Notes: generated by a model not told the origin, from the sequence alone. A stretch of DNA of 64,000 nt from Prasinococcaceae sp. CCMP 1430 (GCA_013416795.1 RQSC01000062.1:75117-139116), one strand, 5' to 3'. Shown: positions 11,790-22,643, numbered from the stretch's first letter. Translations and numbers: made by a program.

Positions 11790-12797
11790 ATGGCGGTGCC
11801 CGCAGGCGGAGCCGGCGACGGCGATGCCGACGCCAACGGCGTGGAGCTCAGCACTGCCGTTGCTGCAAGCTTCGACGGGCGGTCCCAGTGCGAGTGCGCC
11901 ATCTGTGCGTGCACCCTCACCGAGGCGCCCCCTACCCCTGCGCCTGCCCCTGCCCCTACTGGGGACGACGCGAACGCGGCAGCGGACGCGGAGGACGGAA
12001 CCGAAGATAGCGCGCCAGTCGCATTCCCGGCCGCGCCTGCGTGGGCATGGTCGTCGTCCTTCACCTTCCCCTGCTGTCATAACAGCGATTGCTGCGTGCG
12101 ATGTGCCGCCGAGTGGGTGGGACATCAGGCAGATGAGGAGCTTCGCCGCCCGCATCCGCGCGCCGCGCCCGAGAGCGCGCTCCCTGCGGACCTCATTTCC
12201 TGCCCCTTTTGCCGCTCCAGCGACCCCGTCGCCATGAACAACACGGTGAGTGAGCGTGACAGCGGAGACGACTGACGCACGCGTTGATGCTCTTCGCTGG
12301 AGGCCCCAGTAGGGCGAGCGAGACTCCAACCGCCGCTCAGGCACGCTCTTGCTACCTCTCGCGCCAGCATGCCACGATTCCTGACCCGCCAAAACACACG
12401 GTTGCCGTGGCGTCCGCCCTCCTGTGTCGCGCTCGCGCAGGTTGAGCGGCTCATCAAGGCCGTGAAGCGCGTGCCCAAAGTGGAGGCGAGCGCCGTCGGC
12501 AGCGAAACGTTTGCCGCAAGTGGCACGGTCGATGAGGAGGGCCGAGAGCGCATACTCAAGGACCTGCGGCGAGCACGCGGTGCGCTCGCCGTCCTGCGCG
12601 GAGATACGGAGAACGCGGAGCTGGGGATGCTCGAGCGCAGCGAGCACCAGGCGGAGGGCGGCCACGGGCGCTGCGAGACGCAGGTGAAGCGCGCGCTCCG
12701 CACGTCGGGCGTCGCGCTCCGAATCTGTGGCATAACCGTCCTCGGCATAGTCGAGCTCATCTTCTGCTGCTCCTACGGCAGATTCGAGGACATGTAA
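11790..12797 (+). CDS. RING-finger-like protein with C-terminal hydrophobic anchor; exons 11790-12245, 12441-12797
   Basis: CAIC...FPCCHNSDCCVRC...CPFCR pattern; GTGAGT...GCAG intron; hydrophobic tail ICGITVLGIVELIFCC. Confidence 0.75.
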
Positions 12798-12988
12798 CGC
12801 GCAGCGAATTGCGGCGTAGCATTGCGGCGTAGCGGCCGAAGCAACTGTACACAGCACGAGCAGATTCTACTATTTCTATCTACACACTTCCCACGGTGCC
12901 TCGTGCGCGCGCGCGCGCAGGGCCGCAGCATTCGTCGGCCTGCGCGCAGGCCGTGCCGTGCGCGGGCCGTGCCGCGGGCCCACGCCTC

Positions 12989-13720
12989 TCACCTGTAGCC
13001 CTTGCGCGGATCGTTGCCTCTAAACTGCCTGTAGCCGAACCACTCCTTGTCGCCTGGCCACTTGCCCTCTCCAGCGGGGAGCTCACCGCCCAGCGCGGCC
13101 TCCTCGTACCAGTCGTTGAACCCGCCTTCGACGTAGGCCAGGTCCTCGTACCCAACCTGCGACAACTCGTAGGCAGCCATGAGCGCTTGAGAGCGCGTCG
13201 AGTCGAGCATGATCCCGTAACTGCCGCCGAGCGGGACGGCGTCACGCACGAGCGAGCCACCAAGCTGGTCGGCGAGGATGAGGGGCGCCCGCGTGTCCGG
13301 CAGCGCGGCAAGCGCTCCGCGCGTGAAGTTCGGGTCGCGCAGCTTGACACCGCCACGCAGGCCGATCGGTATGCCGAACTCCCACAGCGAGAGACCGAGC
13401 AGCCTGCGCAGCGGCGTGGAGTACGTGTACGGCAGGTTCACCGCGCCGGGCACTCGCCATTCGTCAAAGTCCGGGCCGAAACGTACGTCGACGAGCGTCG
13501 CGCCATGCTGCATGGCGGCCCACGCGTCTGCGGGCGCGAGCGCACGCACGCCGCGCTCGCGCAGGTACGCGTGCGTGAGGCTCCAATGTGGGCTGTCGCG
13601 CCCGAGCCCCGGGATGACCTCGGTGCTGCCTGGCGGCGGCGAGGCCTCGAGGCCGCGCTTGTACGCGGACGAGCACGCCGCGCGCGAGCGTCGCTGCCGC
13701 CGCCGTCGCCGCCACCGCGC
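12989..13720 (-). CDS. Rhodanese-like domain protein (plastid type); 5' end interrupted by the n at 13721
   Basis: LVDVR...F...RVPGAVNLP, LILAD..GG, RSQALMAAYEL...GY..LAYVEGGFNDW. Confidence 0.85.
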   Translation of the reverse strand, partial: ARWRRRRRQRRSRAACSSAYKRGLEASPPPGSTEVIPGLGRDSPHWSLTHAYLRERGVRALAPADAWAAMQHGATLVDVRFGPDFDEWRVPGAVNLPYTYSTPLRRLLGLSLWEFGIPIGLRGGVKLRDPNFTRGALAALPDTRAPLILADQLGGSLVRDAVPLGGSYGIMLDSTRSQALMAAYELSQVGYEDLAYVEGGFNDWYEEAALGGELPAGEGKWPGDKEWFGYRQFRGNDPRKGYR

Positions 13721-13760
13721 NCCACGGGCCTCGCGCTGTTCGGACGCACTGCGCTCATCT

Positions 13761-16700
13761 ATGGGTGCGGCGCGCTCGGCGAGCAGGTCGCGCGGCGGCG
13801 GCCAGCGTTGGTGGGACCCTGAGTGGCGAGCGCAGCGCCTCGGCGGCGGCGGCGGTGGCGGGCGCACCGAGCTCGATGAGGCGGCGATGTGGGAGCGGCT
13901 GTCGGAGCTCGCCCGCGGAAGCAGCGGGAGCGAGGAGCTCGTCTTGCGTGAGAACTACGGCAGGGACGGCGCAGCGCGTATCGCGCAGCTCGCGGCGCAG
14001 GCCGGGTTGCACTTCAGGTCGTATGGCAGCGGGCGCGCGACTGTGCTGGTGGCGAGCACGCAGCCGCTCCCGTCGTATCGCGCCGACCTCGTCGTGGCAG
14101 GTGGCGGGCGGCGCAGCGTGGTGCCTGTGGATGAGCGCGAGGTGCGAGCGCGTTTCGATGCGCTCGCGCGCAGCGGGGGCGAGCTCGTGCTGCGCGAGAA
14201 CTTCGGCCGAGAAGGCGCCGCGTTCGTGGGCGAGCTCGCCGCTCGCGCGGGGTTGCACTTCCGCTCGTACGGCAAGGGTATCAACACGGTGCTCGTAGCG
14301 AGCACCGAGCCCCTTCCCAACTATAGGGCGGACCTCGACGCGAGGCACGGCACCAAGCAGGCTGAAGTCTCCATATCCGGCGCGGACGCGCACCGCCTGG
14401 AGGCAGCGCTTGAGAGGGTGCAGAGGAGCTCGGTACTCGGCGACGTGGGCGCGGGCCGCGCGGGCAGCTCGGGTGCACACGCGGGGGAAACGCCTGTGGG
14501 TGAGCCAGGGAGCGGCGCAGCGACGGAGGCCGGCGGCACGCGCGGGTACGTGCCGCCGCACATGCGGGAGCGCAAAGCACGTGGAGCAGACGCGAGCAAT
14601 GGTGTGGTCGCGGATGTGCCAGACAACTGGGACAGCGACGGCGGCGCGGCAGCGACGGTCGCGACGCCCGGAGCGGACGCCGGAGCGCCCCCCAAGCCCA
14701 CCGCCACAGCTGCATCGCGCGAGGCCTCACAGCAACTGCAGGAGCGCCAGCGCGCGGCGCTGCAGTCGCCTGCCGCGCGGCGCATGCTGGACTTCCGGCG
14801 AAAGCTGCCCGCCTTCGACGCAAAGGCGCGCTTGCTCGAAGCGGTTGCGTCGCACCAGGTGGTGGTCGTGAGCGGAGAGACGGGCTGCGGCAAGACGACG
14901 CAGCTCCCGCAGGTAAGTTTCTGAGGGCGCATGTTCGCGTGCGCGCGTGCGTATGCGCTGTGTGTGCGGGCAGGTCCGTGTCCTTGCGAGCCTCCACGAC
15001 CGGCCTGACTGACGGAATCCCGCCCCACCCCACGCAGTTCCTGCTCGAGGAGGCGATCGAAGCGGGCAAGGGCGGCGAGACGTCCATCGTGTGCACACAG
15101 CCGCGCCGGATTGCCGCGATGAGCGTCGCGCAGCGCGTGGCAGACGAGCGCAGCGAGCGCCTGGGTGACATCGTTGGCTATCAGGTGCGCCTCGAAGCCA
15201 AGCGCTCGGACAGCACCCGGCTCCTCTTCTGCACGACCGGCGTCCTCCTGCGCAAGCTGGCTCAGGACAGGGCGCTCACCGGCACGACGCACATCATCGT
15301 GGATGAAATCCACGAGCGAGGGATGTATGAGGATTTCCTTCTGATTGTGCTGCGTGACTTGCTGCCCATGCGCCCCGACTTGCGCGTGGTACTCATGAGC
15401 GCCACGCTCAACGCCGACACGTTCTCGGCGTACTTCGGCGGGTGCCCGACGCTGCACATCCCAGGCTTCACGTTCCCGGTGGACGTGCGCTACCTTGAGG
15501 ACATTGTCGAAGCGACCGGCCACACGTTCATGCCACAGCAGCAGCAGCAGCAGTCGTGGCGTGGCGGCGGTGGCGGCCGCGGCCGCGGTGGAGGCAGGGG
15601 GCGGGGCGGGAGCTGGCGGCGAGGTGGGGACCAAGTTGCGCTGCATCATCAGCCGGGCGCGGATGCGGACGCGCGCGGGCCCGAGAGCGAGTACGCCTCG
15701 CCCGACTTCCTTTCTCGGTACTCAGAAGCCACGGCGCGCAGCATGCGGGGATGGAGCGAGGACGATATGTTCGACCCCGACATCGTGGTTCGTGCCATCG
15801 AGCACATCCACGCAGACCTGGGCCCGGGCGCTGTGCTGGTCTTCCTGAGCGGGTGGGACGAAATATCGAAGGTCCTCGACGGATGTCGGGACTCGCCCGT
15901 GCTGCGCGGGTGCCAGCTCCTGCCATTGCACGGCGGCATCCCGACCGAGCAGCAGCGCCAGGTCTTCGCCCGCCCGCCCGAGGGGCAGCGCAAGGTCATC
16001 CTCTCCACCAACATTGCGGAAACCTCGATCACCATCGACGACATCGTGTACGTGGTCGACGGAGGGAAGTCGAAGCAGACCTCGTACGATGCGCTCAACA
16101 AGCTCGCTGTGCTGCAGCCCGACTGGGTGTCGAAAGCCGCCGCACACCAGCGCAGGGGCCGAGCGGGGCGCGTGCAGGCTGGCACGTGCCTGCGGCTGTA
16201 CCCGCGCTGGCTGCACGACGGCAAGCTCATTGAGCACACACCACCTGAGCTGCTGAGGACTCCGCTGGAAGGGCTCATCCTACAGATCAAGTCGCTCGGG
16301 ATGCCGTGCGCGAAGTCCTTCCTGAGCAACGCGCTCGAGCCGCCGGAGCCGCGTGCGGTGGACAACGCGCTCGACCTGCTGGAGACGATCGGCGCCATCG
16401 AGTTGGTCGCTGGCAGCGCTCGGAGCGCGCCTGCGGGTGGCGAGCGGCTGACTTCTCTGGGCCGCCACTTGGCTACGCTGCCGGTGGATCCGCGCGTGGG
16501 GAAGATGCTCGTGATCGGCGCCGTCTTCGGCCAAGCTGAGGCTGCCGCAGCTATGGCAGCCGCGCTGGCCTACCGCGATCCGTTCGTGCTACCGATGGAC
16601 AAGAAGGCGCAAGCGGACGCCGCGAGGGAGCGCATGGCCGCTGGCACGGTCTCCGACCACGTTGCGCTGCTCAACGCGCTCGTCGGCTTCCAGGAGGCGC

Positions 16701-17494
16701 GCGCCAGGTACGGCAGGGGAGGCGCGGAGCGATACGCGCGCGAGAACTTCCTGTCGTCGCGCACGCTGGGCATGATCGAGGACATGGCCGACCAGTTCAT
16801 GTCGCTCTTGCGCGACATCGGCTTTGTGAGCTCGCGAGGCGGCCGCAGGGGGTTTGGAGGGAGCACCCTCAAGCGCCTGGACGCCTCGTCGCCGGAGCTG
16901 CCGCTCATGCGCGCGATCGTCGCGGCGGGGCTGTACCCCTCGGTGGCGGCGGTAGGCGGCAAGCGCTTCCGCACCAAATTTCACACGCGGGAGGATGGCG
17001 GGGCCGTCGAGGCGCATCCGTCGAGCATCGCGAGCCGCACGGCCGCGGTGGACTTCGCGCACGACTGGCTCGTGTACGGCGAGAAGGTGAAGACTGCCAA
17101 CATATTCCTGCGGGATTCGACCATGGTGAGCAACTACACGCTGCTGCTCCTGGGTGGCGCCATGGACGCGCGCATCGACGAGCGCTCGGGTGACACGACG
17201 TACGCGCTGCTCGGCGGGTACGTGCAGTTCACCGTGGACTCGCGCACGGCGCAGCTCGTGGGCGCGCTGCGCGCGCGCCTGGATGAGCTGCTCGCTGCCA
17301 AGCTGGCCGACGCGCGGCTGGACGTCGGGCCTGGCGGGCGCGAGATCGTGCACGCCATCGATGAGCTCCTTCGCTCCGAAAGCGCCCGCGCGGACGCGCG
17401 GCGCGACTACGAGAGGCAAGAACTCGAGCGGCGCACGGCGGAGAGGCGCCAGAGGAGGGAGGGCAGGTACCAGCGCCAAGAGCAGCGGTACTGA
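13761..17494 (+). CDS. DExH1: DExH-box ATP-dependent RNA helicase (plant DExH1 / DHX36-like); exons 13761-14912, 15038-17494
   Basis: N-terminal QRWWDPEWRAQRL, GETGCGKTTQ, DEIH, SAT, STNIAETSITIDD, QRRGRAGR, then HA2/OB-fold regions; GTAAGT...GCAG intron. Confidence 0.93.
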
Positions 17495-17596
17495 CCTGCG
17501 GCCCGCGCGGAGATGCGACGTCTCTATTAATATTAGTCAAATGGTCGCCGTGCGAGGTCGCGCAGGCCCCAGCGCAGCCCAGCGATCGCGCGCGCG

Positions 17597-18517
17597 TCAC
17601 GCCACCGCCTCGACCTTCCACACCATGGGGGCGCTGGGCGCGGCGTCCATGTCGACGGGCGCGACCTGCAGCGCGAGCACGCACACGCCCTCCTCGCACG
17701 CGCTTAGCTTGGCCATCTCGGTGATGGTGCGCCCCGCCTCGGTGCCCGCGCGCTCCTCCTGCTCCGCAGTGGGGCCGGTGCTGCGCGCGGGCAGGCCGAA
17801 CCACTCGCGGTGCGCGGCGAGCGGCCCCCCGTCGTCCTCCCTGTCGACCGACGGCAGCTCTGTCACGAGGTGGCGCGCGGCGGGGAAGAGCTCTCGCAGC
17901 GTCCGCACGCACGCCTGCGTGAGGTAGGGCGGGTTGCTGCCGCTGTAGTCCGTCGCGTACCCGCCAGGCTCCGCCTGCGTGCGCAGCATGACCGCGCCGC
18001 ACGAGCGCATCGCCTCGGCCGCTCGCCCTGGGAGGACGCCCGCCAGCGCGGCGAGCGCGCCCGCCGCCCTCGCCGCGGCCTGACGCGCCGCCTCGGCTGA
18101 GTACACTCGATCGGCAGCGTCGGCTTTGCACTCCCCCGGCTGCGACTCCGCGTCGCCGCTCTCGCGCAGCGGTACCGCGCGTAGCGCGAGCACCGCAGCG
18201 GCGCACGGCGCGCCGATGGGCTCGGCCGCGTCGAGCGCCATGAGCGTGGGCCTGCCGGCGCGCGCGACGTGCGCGGCCGTCTCGGTGTGCGTGCCGCAGG
18301 CGTGCGCGCAGCACGACAGCGTGTAGCAGTTTACGTTGGCGCCGCCGGCGACCGTGCACACCGGCGCCGCCGAAGCCCTGCCAATGCCAAACGCGCGCGG
18401 CATGCGCAGCGGCTCGAACGGCGCGACGGCGAGCGCGCACCGCTCCGCGGCGGCCGCGGACGCGTCCGCTCGCAGCGCGACGCCCCCCAGCTCGAACTCG
18501 AGGCGCGCGCGAAGCAT
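17597..18517 (-). CDS. Cyclase / kynurenine-formamidase-family metal-dependent hydrolase
   Basis: HACGTHTE..AH metal motif, NPPY, LPSVDREDDGG.L.AH, TITE, DAAPS.P; intronless, 306 aa. Confidence 0.85.
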   Translation of the reverse strand: MLRARLEFELGGVALRADASAAAAERCALAVAPFEPLRMPRAFGIGRASAAPVCTVAGGANVNCYTLSCCAHACGTHTETAAHVARAGRPTLMALDAAEPIGAPCAAAVLALRAVPLRESGDAESQPGECKADAADRVYSAEAARQAAARAAGALAALAGVLPGRAAEAMRSCGAVMLRTQAEPGGYATDYSGSNPPYLTQACVRTLRELFPAARHLVTELPSVDREDDGGPLAAHREWFGLPARSTGPTAEQEERAGTEAGRTITEMAKLSACEEGVCVLALQVAPVDMDAAPSAPMVWKVEAVA

Positions 18518-19586
18518 CGCCGGACGAGAGCGCGCCGGCTCGCGGAGAGCGAGGGGGGGCGGTGGAGGTGCGGGCAGGGAGGGAGATCCCACCCTCTCTC
18601 CTCCCGTGCCCGCCCGCCCGCCCGCCCGCCTGCCTGCCTGCCTGCCTGCCTGCCTCCCTCTCCCCACACCCGCCTCCACCTCTGCGCGCGCGCGAGAGCC
18701 CGTGTTCTGGCGCCCGTTTTCCCCCCCCCCTTCCCGGCGCACCCACCTCTTGCGCGCCCGTCCGCGTTTTCCCCTATTCACCCGCATGGCCCGCCCGGGG
18801 AAACATTCTGAAACGGGGGAAGCGGCGAATTGCAGCAGGGGCGCGCATTCGCGCTGCCGGTTTCGACGATGGGGCGCGTCGATCGACTGCGGATGGTTTT
18901 GACGAGTCGATCGGAGTCGGGCGCAGGGCAACGTTGCGAGCTTGGTGGGAAGCCGACGGGCGGACGGAGGGATCGCGCGCGCGAACCCGAACCTCTCAAT
19001 GCGTATTTTGGGTTTATTATTAGGGTGTGATTTTGGAGCGCGAGCGCCGGGCGCTGCTGCGCCCGGGTCGCCACTGGACGAAAACGAGAGGCGAACCCGG
19101 TCCGAAGCTTGCATCTCCGGTCTCTTCCCCCGGCAGGCGCCCGACTGACCGTGGTACCGCACCACCTCCGGCGGTACGAATCCTGGTGGTCGTCGCGGGC
19201 GGACTCCCATTCGGCCCCGTGGCGCTCCTCCCACCCACCCATCAGTCTCCGCATGAAACTGTCCTCATGCATGTGTTCGCGGGGCTCGCTGGGGCTGTGG
19301 ATTCCCTCTGTGTCTGCCCCTTGGCGCACCCAAGGGAACCCGCGACGCGCGCGCGCGCGCCCTCGGCGGCCCCACGATTGAGCCCCGGCGCGGACTGCCG
19401 GATTGCGCGGATTCCAAACGTGGGGCGCTGCCGCGGCGCCCCGCGGAGTCGGCGGGGCGCCTGCGGGCCTCGTCGCTGCGCTCGCTCCGTGCGCCTCGCC
19501 CGTGCCAGGGCGACGCGCAAGTGCGCGCCACCGCCGGGGCTGCTGGCTCCGCTGCTGCTGGAAACGGCGGAGGCGCCGCCGGCATC

Positions 19587-19833
19587 ATGATCAGTTGGGT
19601 GGTGGTCGTCAACAACGTTGGCGTGCCGCGGCTCACGCGCTTCTACGGGCAGCCGAGCGTCCCGGAGCAGCGGCGGATCATCGACGCGGCCTTCAGGACC
19701 ATCGCGGGGCGGCCCGAGGGTGCGTGCGCGCGCCCGGCGTGCGCGCGCGCGAAGGCGGGGTTGGAAGAAGGGGGCGAAGGGCAGCGGCCAGGCGCACGGC
19801 AATCGGAGCCTCGTTTGGTCGGACGATGCTCCC

Positions 19834-19887
<54 letters not shown>

Positions 19888-20357
19888 AAGCGGATGCCGA
19901 GACTCCTGGGACCCCACGGACGCGACAGCGTTGGATCCTCGCTACCACTTCTATCATTCCCTCGCTGACCACCAAGCTTCCCGCAGGCGTGTGCTCGTTC
20001 GTGGAGGACGAGGAGACCTTCGGCAAGGGCATGCGCGTCGTGTACCGCGTCTTCGCGACGCTGTACTTCGCGGTGTGCGTCGACGAGGCCGAGAGTGAGC
20101 TGGGCATCGTCGACCTCATCCAGGTCTTCGTGGAGACCCTCGACCGCGTGTTCGACTCGGTGTGCGAGCTCGACATCATCTTCAACTGGGAGAAGGCCGG
20201 CACCGTGCTCGACGAGATGGTCTGCGGCGGCATGGTGGTGGAGACGAGCTCCGGCGCCGTCCAGGCGAACTACGGCGACATACAGCGGCACATCAAGCAG
20301 GACGCCTCCGGCTCGCAGAGCTTGCAGGCAGGCCGGGCAGCGCCCAGGCGAGGGTGA
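19587..20357 (+). CDS. AP3S: AP-3 adaptor complex sigma subunit; exons 19587-19719, 19987-20357
   Basis: NNVGVPRLTRFY, VYRVFATLYF, ESELGIVDLIQVFVETLD..F.SVCELDIIF, GGMVVET. Confidence 0.92.
19835..19885 (+). repeat. Poly-C tract (~51 nt) in the AP3S intron
   Basis: Seen directly. Confidence 0.9.
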
Positions 20358-21007
20358 GGGCGGCGGCGGACCCCGCCCTCTCCCTCCCCTCCGGGGCGCG
20401 CGCGTTGCGCGGCGTCACTCGAGAGGCGCGATGGATTCACTATCGCCCGCGGCCGTCGCGACGCCCCCGCCCGCGTGCGCCCGCCCGGGCGGGCCTCGCG
20501 CGCTCCCTCGCGCGCTGCGCCCCTCCGCTCGGAGGTTACGGTTGGTACAGTTAATATTGGAGCACGTAGATTGTTTTAGGGTTGCAGTCGTGGTCCGCGC
20601 GCTCGCGCTCGGGCGGCGGCGGCAGTGCTCCCAGCAGGCCTCGGCGCGGTGGTCGGCGCATTGCTAGTCGCGCGGGCGCTCCCCAAGCCAGCCCAGTGGT
20701 GCACGGTTGTCGAAGTCTTGTATGCAGGTGCCCTATACCCTGCTGGTTAAGTGCACCCCTTGCAAAAAGTTCGCGCGCGCGTTGTTCGCTGCAGCGCTCC
20801 GGCCTAACAAGACGTGTCTGGTTCTTTCCGGGTTGGGCTGTTGTGTGTGTGTGTCGCGAAAGAATTGTGTGTGGTGTATGCTACAGAGCCGTCGATCCCC
20901 TCGACGCTTCCCGTTGCTCCCCTTCTGACCCCAGTCAGTCTGACCCCTGACCCTCCCCCCCCCCTTTCCTTACCCTCTCCCCCCCCTCTTCCCCCCCAGC
21001 TCGTCCC

Positions 21008-22366
21008 TCAGCACTCGGCGAACTGCTCCTTGACGGCGGCCAGGCCGGCGTCGAAGGCCTTCAGCACCTGCTCGACGTCTCTGGCGTCGTGCGCCGCCGA
21101 CAGGAAGAAGTTGTGCGTCGGGTGGATGAGCACGCCCTCGTCAATGACCTTGGTGGCAAAGGCAACGGAGCGTGGCCGGTCGCGCGTGTTGCCAGCCTCG
21201 GCCATGTCGGCGTCGAAGGTGATGATGGGCATCGTGTGCGGCCCGGTCACCTGCGCGGCGACGCCGTGCTTCTGCGCGAGCGCGCGGAAGCCGTTGCAGA
21301 TGTCGTCGCCGGCCTTGTGCATGCGCTCCAGCGCGTCGGACTCCTTGACGATGCGGAGCACCTCCAGGGCGGCCGCCATCGGCGCGGGCGACACCCAGTA
21401 GGTGCCCGTCGAGAAGATCTTCGCCGCGGCGTCCTTGCAGATGTCCTTGCCGACCATGGCCGAGAAGGGGTGGCCGTTGGCGATGGACTTGCAGTGCACG
21501 CTGATGTCGGGCTGCACGCCCAGCGGCGCCCACGATCCCCGCGCGTCGATGCGCAGCGTGCAGCGGATGTCGTCGAGCACGAGGAGCGCGCCGGTGCGGT
21601 CGGCGAGGTCGCGGCAGGCCTGCGCGAACTCCTTGGTGGGCATCTGCGCCGGGGCGGCGAGCGGGTAGCTGAAGCCGCCCGCGAAGATGCCGGCCAGGTC
21701 GTCGCCGGCGGCCTCCGCGGCCTTGTGCAGCGACTCGACGTCGTTGAAGACGTAGTTGATCTGGTGGGCGTGGTCCTCGGGGAGCACGCCGGGCATGCCC
21801 TCGTGCCACGGGGCGGGCGTGCCGTGGTAGGCGCCGCCCTCGACGAGCAGCACGCGCTTCTTGGTGTGCGCGCGGCAGATGAGGCGCGCGATCGAGGTCG
21901 TGTCCGAGCCGTTCTTGGCCATGAGCGCCCAGTCGGCGTGGGGGAAGAACGACACGAGCTCCTCGGCGAGCTCCACCGAGCGCTCGGTGGGGCCGCTCAG
22001 GCACGCGCCCACGGTGGCCTGCGCGTTGACCGCGCGCTCGACCGAGGGGTGCGCGTAGCCCAGGAAGTTGCAGCCGAAGCCGCACATGAGGTCGACGAAC
22101 TCGCGGCCGTCGGCGCCGAGGAGGCGCGCGCCGTAGCCGCGCTCGTAGAAGGCCGGCGCGCCGAGCTGCGTGAGCGCCGCCATGGGCGTGCGCGTCCACT
22201 TGAGGCCCGGGAAGACGGCACCCGCGCGCTTCGCGAGCTCCTCGTCGACGGCGGGCGAGGGCGGGTCGGTGCGCCCCTTGGCCATCTGCAGGGTCGATCC
22301 GCCGCAGTTGCTGGGCGCGGCCGCCGCCGTGGCGGCGGCGGTCGCGGAGATGAGATGCGGAGGCAT
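21008..22366 (-). CDS. Class III (GSA-aminomutase-like) PLP aminotransferase, FumI-like; start uncertain (ATG 22366 or 22285, or spliced from upstream)
   Basis: DLMCGFG.NFLGY, KNGSDTT, GAYHG, LVLDDIR, PLP lysine in HCKSIANG, HP.HNFFLSAAH; body is intronless. Confidence 0.92.
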   Translation of the reverse strand: MPPHLISATAAATAAAAPSNCGGSTLQMAKGRTDPPSPAVDEELAKRAGAVFPGLKWTRTPMAALTQLGAPAFYERGYGARLLGADGREFVDLMCGFGCNFLGYAHPSVERAVNAQATVGACLSGPTERSVELAEELVSFFPHADWALMAKNGSDTTSIARLICRAHTKKRVLLVEGGAYHGTPAPWHEGMPGVLPEDHAHQINYVFNDVESLHKAAEAAGDDLAGIFAGGFSYPLAAPAQMPTKEFAQACRDLADRTGALLVLDDIRCTLRIDARGSWAPLGVQPDISVHCKSIANGHPFSAMVGKDICKDAAAKIFSTGTYWVSPAPMAAALEVLRIVKESDALERMHKAGDDICNGFRALAQKHGVAAQVTGPHTMPIITFDADMAEAGNTRDRPRSVAFATKVIDEGVLIHPTHNFFLSAAHDARDVEQVLKAFDAGLAAVKEQFAEC

Positions 22367-22609
22367 GGCGTGTGCGCGGGGTCGGCGCGCTCGCGCGGGG
22401 GGCGCGGTGCGCGCTCGGCGACGAGCGCGGACCCGACTCTCCGCGCGGCGAAGCGCGCGCGAGAGCGAGCGAGCGAGAGCGGCGCAGCTCCGCGAGCGAG
22501 GACGCCCCCGCGGCGAATTCGCGCATTCGCGGCGAATCCGACCCCGCGAATCCGACCGCGCCTGCCTTTTCCCCCTTTGCGGCCGGCGGGTCGGCCGCGC
22601 GCGTCCCCG

Positions 22610-22643
22610 GGAAGGACTCCCGGAACGGAAGGACTCCCGGAAC
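22610..22643 (+). repeat. Perfect 17-bp tandem duplication GGAAGGACTCCCGGAAC x2
   Basis: Copies at 22610-22626 and 22627-22643. Confidence 0.85.

Noticed and set aside
11460-12857. 465-aa minus-strand ORF with protein-like stretches
   Set aside because: Antisense to the spliced RING gene, which has clear splice sites and a Cys pattern.
19100-19330. Short coding-looking stretch between the cyclase and AP3S genes
   Set aside because: No recognisable motif and no consistent start or splice model.
21008-22366. Plastid glutamate-1-semialdehyde aminomutase (hemL/GSA)
   Set aside because: It lacks the HemL signatures such as GGVNSPVR, SGTEA and GCYHGH.
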